Source of the DNA: an uncultured Myxococcales bacterium
GTDB taxonomy: Bacteria > UBA10199 > 2-02-FULL-44-16 > JAAZCA01
Assembly: GCA_964458295.1 (NCBI GenBank)
Contig: CAYWIG010000001.1
Location: 1 to 27,865, forward strand
Length of the DNA stretch: 27,865 nt
Reading direction: 5' to 3'
Position numbers and translations under genes: made by a program
The notes under the pieces: generated by a model
Databases searched by the model: none
What the model was told of the DNA's origin: nothing
Seen by the model: only the letters and a program-made list of their open reading frames with translations
Part shown: one piece after another, positions 17,216-26,023 of the stretch
Numbering within the stretch: the stretch's first letter is position 1
How the letters are laid out: each line of letters starts with the position of its first letter

Positions 17216-18292
17216 ATGACGGGAACTTCAATTAATCCAGGATTCAATCAAGCGTTTCAATTTATTCAAGGTGTGGGTGTGCCAGGTCTTGTGAGCGGAG
17301 TGAATACGATAATGACTCCCGCACAAACGCTAACCGCATTTCAAGCAGTGGGAAGTGCGATTGATACGTACGTGACGGCGTTTCCGCAGGATGGAACATT
17401 AGTCGGTCTGCGAAGCAGCATCAGTACCTTACCTGCTACGCCGCCTATTTCGGAGCAAGCACAGGAACAAATACTTGGCCAGCTAACTCAGCATAGTGAT
17501 GATGTAGAGTTGGCGGTGCGTATGGCTATCAAGGTAAATACCGTCGGTCAAATTGCGGTCACAGGTGGAGCGGCGACAGTAAATGTCGAAGCACCATTCG
17601 ATCTCGGAGCCGAGTGGAGATGGATTCCAGAAGGATCGTTTATGTTCGGTTCGGCCGACGACGATCCGTATGCATTCAATGATGAGAAACCACAGAGGAT
17701 GATGACTGTGGGTGGCTTTTTTATGTTGGACCATCCTGTCACTAATAAAGACTGGATCGCATTTCTTGAAGCGACAGGTGGAAAGGATGCGCGAGACCTT
17801 TTAGAAAAGTTTGCGGGAATGGATCAGCCGGCGGTTCGGATTAATCATACAGAAGCGAATCAATATGCCCGATGGATCGGTGAACAATTGAGCACAAGTA
17901 AAGGTCAAGCAGTTGCAGGGCGACTTCCGACAGAGATGGAATGGGAAAGGGCGGCCAAGGGACCTGGCGGAGACGAGTTTATAATTCCTGCAACAAGAGA
18001 TCAGGCACATTTCAATGCGGATGGAAAAACGGATAGAACGAGGGCGGTTACGCATCCAGACGTATACAGAAACGGATTTGGACTGGGGGATATTGAAGGA
18101 AATGTATGGGAGTGGACATCAAGCCCATGGGCCAAAGGGTCAGGAACTTTTGTGCTTCGCGGCGCCTCTTGGATCATCTATGATCCTCGGGATCTGCGTG
18201 CCGCTTGTCGCGGCTACAGCAATCCGGGCGCTCGTGACTGCTATTTCGGCTTCCGTCCGGTGCTGGTTCCCCAGGACCCGAAAAAAAGCTGA
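17216..18292 (+). CDS. DGR target protein 2 (paralog of target 1)
   Basis: Same domain layout as target 1; GGAGG at 17206-17210 supports ATG 17216 over the track's 17096. Confidence 0.93.
   Translation: MTGTSINPGFNQAFQFIQGVGVPGLVSGVNTIMTPAQTLTAFQAVGSAIDTYVTAFPQDGTLVGLRSSISTLPATPPISEQAQEQILGQLTQHSDDVELAVRMAIKVNTVGQIAVTGGAATVNVEAPFDLGAEWRWIPEGSFMFGSADDDPYAFNDEKPQRMMTVGGFFMLDHPVTNKDWIAFLEATGGKDARDLLEKFAGMDQPAVRINHTEANQYARWIGEQLSTSKGQAVAGRLPTEMEWERAAKGPGGDEFIIPATRDQAHFNADGKTDRTRAVTHPDVYRNGFGLGDIEGNVWEWTSSPWAKGSGTFVLRGASWIIYDPRDLRAACRGYSNPGARDCYFGFRPVLVPQDPKKS
18154..18274 (+). repeat. DGR variable repeat VR2
   Basis: 121-bp ungapped match to TR; 19 mismatches, all opposite TR adenines. Confidence 0.97.
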
Positions 18293-18379
18293 TGTAAACT
18301 TTTATCCTTTGCTTTTTTACACTTATCCGGATTTTCTATTCTCCGAGAAACGATGAGCTTCACTAAGGAGCGTCGAGTC

Positions 18380-18727
18380 ATGAGGCAGGGTGCACCTCAA
18401 ATTATAACGTCGATGTATGATCTTCTCCTATATCTTGTTCCACAAGTTTCTAAATTTCCAAAATCCCAGCGTTACCTTCTCGGTGAACGGCTGGAATCCG
18501 CGTGCTTCGATGTTCTCGAACTTCTGATCTCCGCGACATATTCTCAAGAGAAGATGCAGGTACTGAATAAGGCCAACATCAGACTCGAACAGGCCCGGTA
18601 CTATGTGAGGCTATGCAAGGATCTGAAACTCTTAAGTCTCCATCGATATGAGGTTGTATCAAAAAAGGTAAACGATGTGGGTGTGCAACTCGGCGGTTGG
18701 CTGAAATCCCAGAGACGGCGCAAATGA
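18380..18727 (+). CDS. avd: DGR accessory variability determinant (bAvd-like four-helix bundle)
   Basis: KFPKSQRYLLGERL, LEQARYYVRLCKDL, VGVQLGGWLK; TAAGGAG RBS; ATGA overlap with the RT gene. Confidence 0.92.
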   Translation: MRQGAPQIITSMYDLLLYLVPQVSKFPKSQRYLLGERLESACFDVLELLISATYSQEKMQVLNKANIRLEQARYYVRLCKDLKLLSLHRYEVVSKKVNDVGVQLGGWLKSQRRRK

Positions 18728-19737
18728 GGCGACATAAAAACCTTTATAAAGAGATAGCATCGTTTAGCAACCTCCTGAAAGCTGCGCGCCTTGCCCAGCG
18801 TGGAAAGCGATATAAAACACCTACGGCACACTTCAATTACTACCTCGAAAATGAATTGTGGCGTCTACATGAAGAATTGGCCACAAAGAAATATAAACCG
18901 GGAAAATATCATCACTTTACAATATATGAGCCAAAGCAGCGCGTGATCAGCGCAGCACCATATAGAGATCGTGTTGTTCATCACGCATTGCACAACGTGC
19001 TAGAGCCGATCTTCGATCCGACTTTCATCTACGATTCGTATGCCACGAGAAAAGGGAAGGGGACGCATGCGGCTCTGGACCGCTTTCAGAGTTTTTCTCG
19101 TCGGTGTAGTTATGCACTGAAGTGCGATATTCAGAAATACTTTCCGAGCATAGATCGTCAGATTCTTATTTCTTTGATCAAAAGAAAGATTGCGTGTGAC
19201 GATACGCTTTGGCTTATGGGTCGGATACTCGAATTTCACGATGGACCGGAAGTTGCGGACAGAGGGATTCCTATAGGGAATTTGACGTCACAGTTTTTTG
19301 CGAACATCTATCTCAACGGACTGGATCACTTCATTAAGCAGGATCTTGTCTGTTCCCATTATCTTCGATACATGGATGATTTTGTGATTTTCGATAACGA
19401 TAAGGATCGCCTTTGGTATCTAAAACAGCTGATCACGGATTATGTTGAAAAACTCAGTCTTCGCCTGCATTCTGATAAATGCTGCGTTTATAAGACATCG
19501 GCAGGTGTTCCTTTTTTTGGTATGATAATCTTTCCGGAACGGCGTCGTCTCAAACGTCAGAATGTGATTAGATTTAAACGTCGATTGAGAAAGTTTCAGC
19601 GAGAATATGAAAATGGCGATGTTAGTTGGGCGCATATCAATCAATCCATTCAATCTTGGATAGGGCATGCTTTGCATGCTGAGACTGCACGTTTGAGAGG
19701 GGATATTTTGTCGAATACAGTCTTTAGAAAGGGGTGA
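18724..19737 (+). CDS. DGR reverse transcriptase
   Basis: KQRVISAAPYRDRVVHHAL, LKCDIQKYFPSI, GIPIGNLTSQFFANIYL (SQ motif typical of DGR RTs), YLRYMDDF; about 337 aa with no maturase or endonuclease domain. Confidence 0.96.
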   Translation: MRRHKNLYKEIASFSNLLKAARLAQRGKRYKTPTAHFNYYLENELWRLHEELATKKYKPGKYHHFTIYEPKQRVISAAPYRDRVVHHALHNVLEPIFDPTFIYDSYATRKGKGTHAALDRFQSFSRRCSYALKCDIQKYFPSIDRQILISLIKRKIACDDTLWLMGRILEFHDGPEVADRGIPIGNLTSQFFANIYLNGLDHFIKQDLVCSHYLRYMDDFVIFDNDKDRLWYLKQLITDYVEKLSLRLHSDKCCVYKTSAGVPFFGMIIFPERRRLKRQNVIRFKRRLRKFQREYENGDVSWAHINQSIQSWIGHALHAETARLRGDILSNTVFRKG

Positions 19738-19760
19738 TCGATCACAGTAAACGGGTTCCA

Positions 19761-19881
19761 GCTTCGCGGCGCCTCTTGGAACAACAATAATCCTCAGAAT
19801 CTGCGTGCCGCTTATCGCAACAACAACAATCCGGACGAACGTAACAACAATATCGGCTTCCGTCCGGTGCTGGTTCCCCAG
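19761..19881 (+). ncRNA. DGR template repeat (TR)
   Basis: Non-coding, 24 nt after the RT stop; 12 AAY codons in target frame; matches both VRs except at adenines. Confidence 0.96.
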
Positions 19882-20029
19882 CACCCCAAGGTGCAATCTT
19901 GCAGGCCAGAGTCCTTTTTTTTAAGGAAACGGGGAGAGTGTTCCGTAGAGTTTTCTGCGGGACGTGCCAGCGAGGGGTCCAGGTCGATCATCCCGGTTTG
20001 CCAAAATAGGTGGGCCAAAGATAGCGGGG

Positions 20030-20090
20030 CTCCATCCGTCACTCGTAACTGCATATCCAATGTAGCGAGCGTGATGGATGGGGATTTTTT
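20030..20090 (+). terminator. Long hairpin plus T-tract ending the putative DGR RNA
   Basis: ctccatccgtcac...ctgcat-atcca-atgtag...gtgatggatgggg followed by atttttt. Confidence 0.65.
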
Positions 20091-20114
20091 AAGGTTCGAC
20101 AATAGACATGTTAT

Positions 20115-20142
20115 ACCAGACATAATCTACCTACTCAGACAT
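20115..20142. other. Unit junction dif-like site (ACCAGACATAA TCTACC TACTCAGACAT)
   Basis: Sits exactly at the copy 1 / copy 2 junction. Confidence 0.55.
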
Positions 20143-20186
20143 CAAACAATAAAACAGGAGTAGGGGGCGTGAGGGGCGATTTAAAC

Positions 20187-20459
20187 TCAGGCAGCTTTGC
20201 CCTTAAATACCACTTTTTCTAATTCCTCAAGTCGCTGAAGGATCCCTTTCTTATCATCGAGAAGAATATCTCTGAGTATTTTGTTTAGCAGCGTTTGATA
20301 TTTTCCGCCGCTTTTCTCAGCCATTTCACGCAGAACCTCAAGCACCTCTTCATCCAGGTAGGTCGTCACCTTGATCTTTGAGCCTTTGAGTTCTTTCTTA
20401 GAGAGTTTGGGACCCTTTATTTTCTTCATCTTATCTGGATCAGGAATTTTCTTTTTCAT
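20187..20459 (-). CDS. brnA: BrnA-type antitoxin, copy 2
   Basis: Identical to 14278-14550. Confidence 0.8.
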   Translation of the reverse strand: MKKKIPDPDKMKKIKGPKLSKKELKGSKIKVTTYLDEEVLEVLREMAEKSGGKYQTLLNKILRDILLDDKKGILQRLEELEKVVFKGKAA

Positions 20460-20721
20460 AATATTTCCTCCATTTCCGCCAGTTCGCCGCACCATAAATT
20501 CTTATAACCTTCTTGCGGAAGGTGTATCGTACGGTAATAATATTTCCTGAAGTAACCTTACCCACGGCATAGAATCGATCCTCTTCGGAAGAGTGCTCCT
20601 CATCTTCGAGATGTATGACCTTGGGATCAGCAAAAACCTCCATGGCCTCGCGGAAATTGACGCCGTGCTTGGCTATGTTATCCAGTTCTTTCCGCTCATC
20701 CCATTCAAACGTATAGCTCAT
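20440..20721 (-). CDS. brnT: BrnT-type toxin, copy 2
   Basis: Identical to 14531-14812. Confidence 0.88.
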   Translation of the reverse strand: MSYTFEWDERKELDNIAKHGVNFREAMEVFADPKVIHLEDEEHSSEEDRFYAVGKVTSGNIITVRYTFRKKVIRIYGAANWRKWRKYYEKENS

Positions 20722-20936
20722 GATCATATTATACATATATTATATGTATATTGTCAATATATATGTAGAGTGATATGAAAGGACAGTTTAATAACTACAT
20801 GATATTACTTGTATAAACATAAATGTACCCATAAGGTGGTTCTAAGAAGTAATTTTGCATGTAACTTAAAAAACGAGCAACAAATTTATGGAATGTGCGA
20901 TAAAGGATACAAATGTATGAATAAGAGGAGATGATT

Positions 20937-21992
20937 ATGAGCGGAGCTACAATTAATCCAGGATTACAATTCATTAATACGGCGGGTGTACCAGGGCTTG
21001 TTAGTGGCATACAAACCGGTATGATTCAGCCGGCACAAACACTAACTGCATTTCAAGCGGTGGGGAGTGCAATCGATACATATGCTAGTGCATTTCCGCA
21101 GGATACAACGCTCATGGGTTTGCGTGGCAATATCAGTGGGTTGCCAGCCAATCCACCCATCACTGCCCAGGCACAGGAACAGATTCTTGGTCAGCTAACT
21201 CAACATAAGGATGATGTAGAACTGGCAGTACGCATGGCCGTCAAGATAGGGAATGTAGGTCAGGTTGCAGTTACCGGTGGTGCGGCGTTGATAAATACAG
21301 AAGCACCTTACGATCTCGGAGCCGAGTGGAGATGGATTCCTGCCGGAACATTTCAATTTGGTTCTGCAGATGATGATCAATACGCATATGATGCTGAAAA
21401 GCCACTAAGACAGGTGATCGTAGGTGGTTTTTTTATGCTGGATCATCCTGTGACGAATAGAGAATGGATTGCATTTCTCGAGGCTACAGGGGAAAGGGAT
21501 GAGCGAGACATTTCAAAGAAGTTTTCGGGACTCGATCAACCGGCGGTTTTGATCAATCATCCAGAGGCAAGCCGATATGCAGAGTGGCTAGGTTCGCAAG
21601 TAAGCGCACAGGTAGAACAAAGCGTCATCGGACGGCTCCCAACTGAGCAGGAGTGGGAGAGGGCTGCCAAGGGTCCGGACGGAAATGAATTTATAACTCC
21701 AGCAACGAGCAGGCAAGCTCACTTCGATTCGGATAGAACGAGGGCGGTTACAGATCCCGAAGCATATGTAAATGGATTTGGACTGAAGGATATGATCGGT
21801 AACGTATGGGAGTGGACATCGAGCCCATGGGCAGAGGGATCGAGTGCGTTTGTGCTTCGCGGCGCCTCTTGGGACGACTATAGTCCTCAGTCTCTGCGTG
21901 CCGCTTTTCGCAACTTCAACATTCCGGACGATCGTTTCAGCTTTATCGGCTTCCGTCCGGTGCTGGTTCCCCAGGACCCGAAAAAAAGCTGA
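20937..21992 (+). CDS. DGR target protein 1, copy 2
   Basis: Identical translation to 15028-16083. Confidence 0.93.
   Translation: MSGATINPGLQFINTAGVPGLVSGIQTGMIQPAQTLTAFQAVGSAIDTYASAFPQDTTLMGLRGNISGLPANPPITAQAQEQILGQLTQHKDDVELAVRMAVKIGNVGQVAVTGGAALINTEAPYDLGAEWRWIPAGTFQFGSADDDQYAYDAEKPLRQVIVGGFFMLDHPVTNREWIAFLEATGERDERDISKKFSGLDQPAVLINHPEASRYAEWLGSQVSAQVEQSVIGRLPTEQEWERAAKGPDGNEFITPATSRQAHFDSDRTRAVTDPEAYVNGFGLKDMIGNVWEWTSSPWAEGSSAFVLRGASWDDYSPQSLRAAFRNFNIPDDRFSFIGFRPVLVPQDPKKS
21854..21974 (+). repeat. VR1, copy 2
   Basis: Identical to 15945-16065. Confidence 0.95.
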
Positions 21993-22078
21993 TGTAGCCT
22001 TTTACCCTTTGCCTTTTTACCCTTATCCGGATTTAGTATTCCCGAGAAACGATGAGTTTCACTAAGGAGCGTCGGTTT

Positions 22079-22135
22079 ATGAAGCAGGGTGCACCTCAGG
22101 TCGTAACATCGAAGTATGATCTTCTATGTGAGTAA
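22079..22135 (+). pseudogene. avd: Truncated avd remnant, copy 2
   Basis: Identical to 16170-16226. Confidence 0.85.
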
Positions 22136-22157
22136 TGATTGTGAGGGAATATATTAT

Positions 22158-22185
22158 ACCAGACATAATGCACCTACTCAGACAT
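22158..22185. other. Internal dif-like cassette boundary, copy 2
   Basis: Identical to 16249-16276. Confidence 0.55.
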
Positions 22186-22228
22186 CTAGAAATATAATGG
22201 GAGTAGGGGGGCTGAGAAGCTATTTAAA

Positions 22229-22546
22229 TCAAGCCACCTTCTGTGCATCGATTTCAACTTTGAGTTTTAATCCGAGAGCTTCCAGAAGGGCAAACAGTCT
22301 GTCGAGACGTGGGTTTCCTTTTTCGGAAAGAATCCTATACGCGGTTACGCGGTTGATATGCGCGTCCTTCGCCACCTTGGACATGCTGTATGCCTCTGCT
22401 ACATGCCGAAGCGCGATGAGAAGGGCAACGGGATCATCAGATTCCTCAAGCGCTGCGTTGATATAGGATGCTGCCTCGTCAGGATCCTTTAATGATTCTA
22501 TTAGATATTCGTTATAATCACCGCTTCTTTTTTTTGCCTTTGCCAT
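22229..22546 (-). CDS. Addiction-module antidote protein, copy 2
   Basis: Identical to 16320-16637. Confidence 0.88.
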   Translation of the reverse strand: MAKAKKRSGDYNEYLIESLKDPDEAASYINAALEESDDPVALLIALRHVAEAYSMSKVAKDAHINRVTAYRILSEKGNPRLDRLFALLEALGLKLKVEIDAQKVA

Positions 22547-22865
22547 AGTTTACCTCCAAATAATCGGCCCAATATTTCTTGGCCTTGTTTATATCGTTCT
22601 TTTGTGTCCGTTTCGATCCACCACATAGCAAAAGGACTATCTGTTTTCCATCCCTTCCAAAGTACACCCTGTAACCGGGACCAATATGAATTCTGAGTTC
22701 GTTTATACCTTCAGCAATTGCTTTCGCATCGCCAAATAAGCCCAGTAAAAGACGATCGATGCGTACCTTGATAACAGCGCGTGTACGTGGATCTTTCAAA
22801 CCTTCCAACCAACTCAAAAATGGACTCTTTCCACTTTCCGTTCTGTAATAACGAATATCGATCAC
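22518..22865 (-). CDS. RelE/HigB-family toxin, copy 2
   Basis: Identical to 16609-16956. Confidence 0.9.
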   Translation of the reverse strand: MIDIRYYRTESGKSPFLSWLEGLKDPRTRAVIKVRIDRLLLGLFGDAKAIAEGINELRIHIGPGYRVYFGRDGKQIVLLLCGGSKRTQKNDINKAKKYWADYLEVNYGKGKKKKR

Positions 22866-23124
22866 ATTAAGGAGTGTAGCATATATGCAACATGTGAGTC
22901 AATATGATAATGTTGCATATAGGCAACGAATAAGGGTGCTTGCTTGCATTCGTTTGAATTAAAAGCTATGTGACAGATAACTAGCCGATATTATAAGGTA
23001 ATTTGTGCAATTGTTCGTGCAGGATCGTGTAGGGATGATTTTTGAGGTAAATGTTGAAAAATCGAGAAACTTTTTTAGGGAATGTGCGATAAACAGATGT
23101 TATTGGAATTATACGGAGGTAGTT

Positions 23125-24201
23125 ATGACGGGAACTTCAATTAATCCAGGATTCAATCAAGCGTTTCAATTTATTCAAGGTGTGGGTGTGCCAGGTCTTG
23201 TGAGCGGAGTGAATACGATAATGACTCCCGCACAAACGCTAACCGCATTTCAAGCAGTGGGAAGTGCGATTGATACGTACGTGACGGCGTTTCCGCAGGA
23301 TGGAACATTAGTCGGTCTGCGAAGCAGCATCAGTACCTTACCTGCTACGCCGCCTATTTCGGAGCAAGCACAGGAACAAATACTTGGCCAGCTAACTCAG
23401 CATAGTGATGATGTAGAGTTGGCGGTGCGTATGGCTATCAAGGTAAATACCGTCGGTCAAATTGCGGTCACAGGTGGAGCGGCGACAGTAAATGTCGAAG
23501 CACCATTCGATCTCGGAGCCGAGTGGAGATGGATTCCAGAAGGATCGTTTATGTTCGGTTCGGCCGACGACGATCCGTATGCATTCAATGATGAGAAACC
23601 ACAGAGGATGATGACTGTGGGTGGCTTTTTTATGTTGGACCATCCTGTCACTAATAAAGACTGGATCGCATTTCTTGAAGCGACAGGTGGAAAGGATGCG
23701 CGAGACCTTTTAGAAAAGTTTGCGGGAATGGATCAGCCGGCGGTTCGGATTAATCATACAGAAGCGAATCAATATGCCCGATGGATCGGTGAACAATTGA
23801 GCACAAGTAAAGGTCAAGCAGTTGCAGGGCGACTTCCGACAGAGATGGAATGGGAAAGGGCGGCCAAGGGACCTGGCGGAGACGAGTTTATAATTCCTGC
23901 AACAAGAGATCAGGCACATTTCAATGCGGATGGAAAAACGGATAGAACGAGGGCGGTTACGCATCCAGACGTATACAGAAACGGATTTGGACTGGGGGAT
24001 ATTGAAGGAAATGTATGGGAGTGGACATCAAGCCCATGGGCCAAAGGGTCAGGAACTTTTGTGCTTCGCGGCGCCTCTTGGATCATCTATGATCCTCGGG
24101 ATCTGCGTGCCGCTTGTCGCGGCTACAGCAATCCGGGCGCTCGTGACTGCTATTTCGGCTTCCGTCCGGTGCTGGTTCCCCAGGACCCGAAAAAAAGCTG
24201 A
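23125..24201 (+). CDS. DGR target protein 2, copy 2
   Basis: Identical translation to 17216-18292. Confidence 0.93.
   Translation: MTGTSINPGFNQAFQFIQGVGVPGLVSGVNTIMTPAQTLTAFQAVGSAIDTYVTAFPQDGTLVGLRSSISTLPATPPISEQAQEQILGQLTQHSDDVELAVRMAIKVNTVGQIAVTGGAATVNVEAPFDLGAEWRWIPEGSFMFGSADDDPYAFNDEKPQRMMTVGGFFMLDHPVTNKDWIAFLEATGGKDARDLLEKFAGMDQPAVRINHTEANQYARWIGEQLSTSKGQAVAGRLPTEMEWERAAKGPGGDEFIIPATRDQAHFNADGKTDRTRAVTHPDVYRNGFGLGDIEGNVWEWTSSPWAKGSGTFVLRGASWIIYDPRDLRAACRGYSNPGARDCYFGFRPVLVPQDPKKS
24063..24183 (+). repeat. VR2, copy 2
   Basis: Identical to 18154-18274. Confidence 0.95.
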
Positions 24202-24288
24202 TGTAAACTTTTATCCTTTGCTTTTTTACACTTATCCGGATTTTCTATTCTCCGAGAAACGATGAGCTTCACTAAGGAGCGTCGAGTC

Positions 24289-24636
24289 ATGAGGCAGGGT
24301 GCACCTCAAATTATAACGTCGATGTATGATCTTCTCCTATATCTTGTTCCACAAGTTTCTAAATTTCCAAAATCCCAGCGTTACCTTCTCGGTGAACGGC
24401 TGGAATCCGCGTGCTTCGATGTTCTCGAACTTCTGATCTCCGCGACATATTCTCAAGAGAAGATGCAGGTACTGAATAAGGCCAACATCAGACTCGAACA
24501 GGCCCGGTACTATGTGAGGCTATGCAAGGATCTGAAACTCTTAAGTCTCCATCGATATGAGGTTGTATCAAAAAAGGTAAACGATGTGGGTGTGCAACTC
24601 GGCGGTTGGCTGAAATCCCAGAGACGGCGCAAATGA
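24289..24636 (+). CDS. avd: Avd, copy 2
   Basis: Identical to 18380-18727. Confidence 0.92.
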   Translation: MRQGAPQIITSMYDLLLYLVPQVSKFPKSQRYLLGERLESACFDVLELLISATYSQEKMQVLNKANIRLEQARYYVRLCKDLKLLSLHRYEVVSKKVNDVGVQLGGWLKSQRRRK

Positions 24637-25646
24637 GGCGACATAAAAACCTTTATAAAGAGATAGCATCGTTTAGCAACCTCCTGAAAGCTGCGCGCCT
24701 TGCCCAGCGTGGAAAGCGATATAAAACACCTACGGCACACTTCAATTACTACCTCGAAAATGAATTGTGGCGTCTACATGAAGAATTGGCCACAAAGAAA
24801 TATAAACCGGGAAAATATCATCACTTTACAATATATGAGCCAAAGCAGCGCGTGATCAGCGCAGCACCATATAGAGATCGTGTTGTTCATCACGCATTGC
24901 ACAACGTGCTAGAGCCGATCTTCGATCCGACTTTCATCTACGATTCGTATGCCACGAGAAAAGGGAAGGGGACGCATGCGGCTCTGGACCGCTTTCAGAG
25001 TTTTTCTCGTCGGTGTAGTTATGCACTGAAGTGCGATATTCAGAAATACTTTCCGAGCATAGATCGTCAGATTCTTATTTCTTTGATCAAAAGAAAGATT
25101 GCGTGTGACGATACGCTTTGGCTTATGGGTCGGATACTCGAATTTCACGATGGACCGGAAGTTGCGGACAGAGGGATTCCTATAGGGAATTTGACGTCAC
25201 AGTTTTTTGCGAACATCTATCTCAACGGACTGGATCACTTCATTAAGCAGGATCTTGTCTGTTCCCATTATCTTCGATACATGGATGATTTTGTGATTTT
25301 CGATAACGATAAGGATCGCCTTTGGTATCTAAAACAGCTGATCACGGATTATGTTGAAAAACTCAGTCTTCGCCTGCATTCTGATAAATGCTGCGTTTAT
25401 AAGACATCGGCAGGTGTTCCTTTTTTTGGTATGATAATCTTTCCGGAACGGCGTCGTCTCAAACGTCAGAATGTGATTAGATTTAAACGTCGATTGAGAA
25501 AGTTTCAGCGAGAATATGAAAATGGCGATGTTAGTTGGGCGCATATCAATCAATCCATTCAATCTTGGATAGGGCATGCTTTGCATGCTGAGACTGCACG
25601 TTTGAGAGGGGATATTTTGTCGAATACAGTCTTTAGAAAGGGGTGA
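24633..25646 (+). CDS. DGR reverse transcriptase, copy 2
   Basis: Identical to 18724-19737. Confidence 0.96.
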   Translation: MRRHKNLYKEIASFSNLLKAARLAQRGKRYKTPTAHFNYYLENELWRLHEELATKKYKPGKYHHFTIYEPKQRVISAAPYRDRVVHHALHNVLEPIFDPTFIYDSYATRKGKGTHAALDRFQSFSRRCSYALKCDIQKYFPSIDRQILISLIKRKIACDDTLWLMGRILEFHDGPEVADRGIPIGNLTSQFFANIYLNGLDHFIKQDLVCSHYLRYMDDFVIFDNDKDRLWYLKQLITDYVEKLSLRLHSDKCCVYKTSAGVPFFGMIIFPERRRLKRQNVIRFKRRLRKFQREYENGDVSWAHINQSIQSWIGHALHAETARLRGDILSNTVFRKG

Positions 25647-25669
25647 TCGATCACAGTAAACGGGTTCCA

Positions 25670-25790
25670 GCTTCGCGGCGCCTCTTGGAACAACAATAAT
25701 CCTCAGAATCTGCGTGCCGCTTATCGCAACAACAACAATCCGGACGAACGTAACAACAATATCGGCTTCCGTCCGGTGCTGGTTCCCCAG
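25670..25790 (+). ncRNA. DGR template repeat, copy 2
   Basis: Identical to 19761-19881. Confidence 0.96.
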
Positions 25791-25938
25791 CACCCCAAGG
25801 TGCAATCTTGCAGGCCAGAGTCCTTTTTTTTAAGGAAACGGGGAGAGTGTTCCGTAGAGTTTTCTGCGGGACGTGCCAGCGAGGGGTCCAGGTCGATCAT
25901 CCCGGTTTGCCAAAATAGGTGGGCCAAAGATAGCGGGG

Positions 25939-25999
25939 CTCCATCCGTCACTCGTAACTGCATATCCAATGTAGCGAGCGTGATGGATGGGGATTTTTT
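25939..25999 (+). terminator. Hairpin plus T-tract, copy 2
   Basis: Identical to 20030-20090. Confidence 0.65.
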
Positions 26000-26023
26000 A
26001 AGGTTCGACAATAGACATGTTAT

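Larger units (their letters stand above)
14210..20126 (+). repeat. Tandem duplication, copy 1 (period 5909 bp)
   Basis: Every ORF recurs at +5909 with identical translation. Identity starts at gacataat 14210/20119 and ends at 20126/26035. Confidence 0.97.

Noticed and set aside
18724-19737. RT as a group II intron, retron or CRISPR-associated RT
   Set aside because: Short protein, SQ motif, adjacent avd and an adenine-specific TR/VR set identify a DGR RT; no maturase domain, msr-msd or cas genes.
19420-20163. Track ORFs over the TR region (19420-19896, 19812-20123, 19867-20163 and their copies)
   Set aside because: No recognisable motifs or RBS; they overlap TR, the structured spacer and the terminator.
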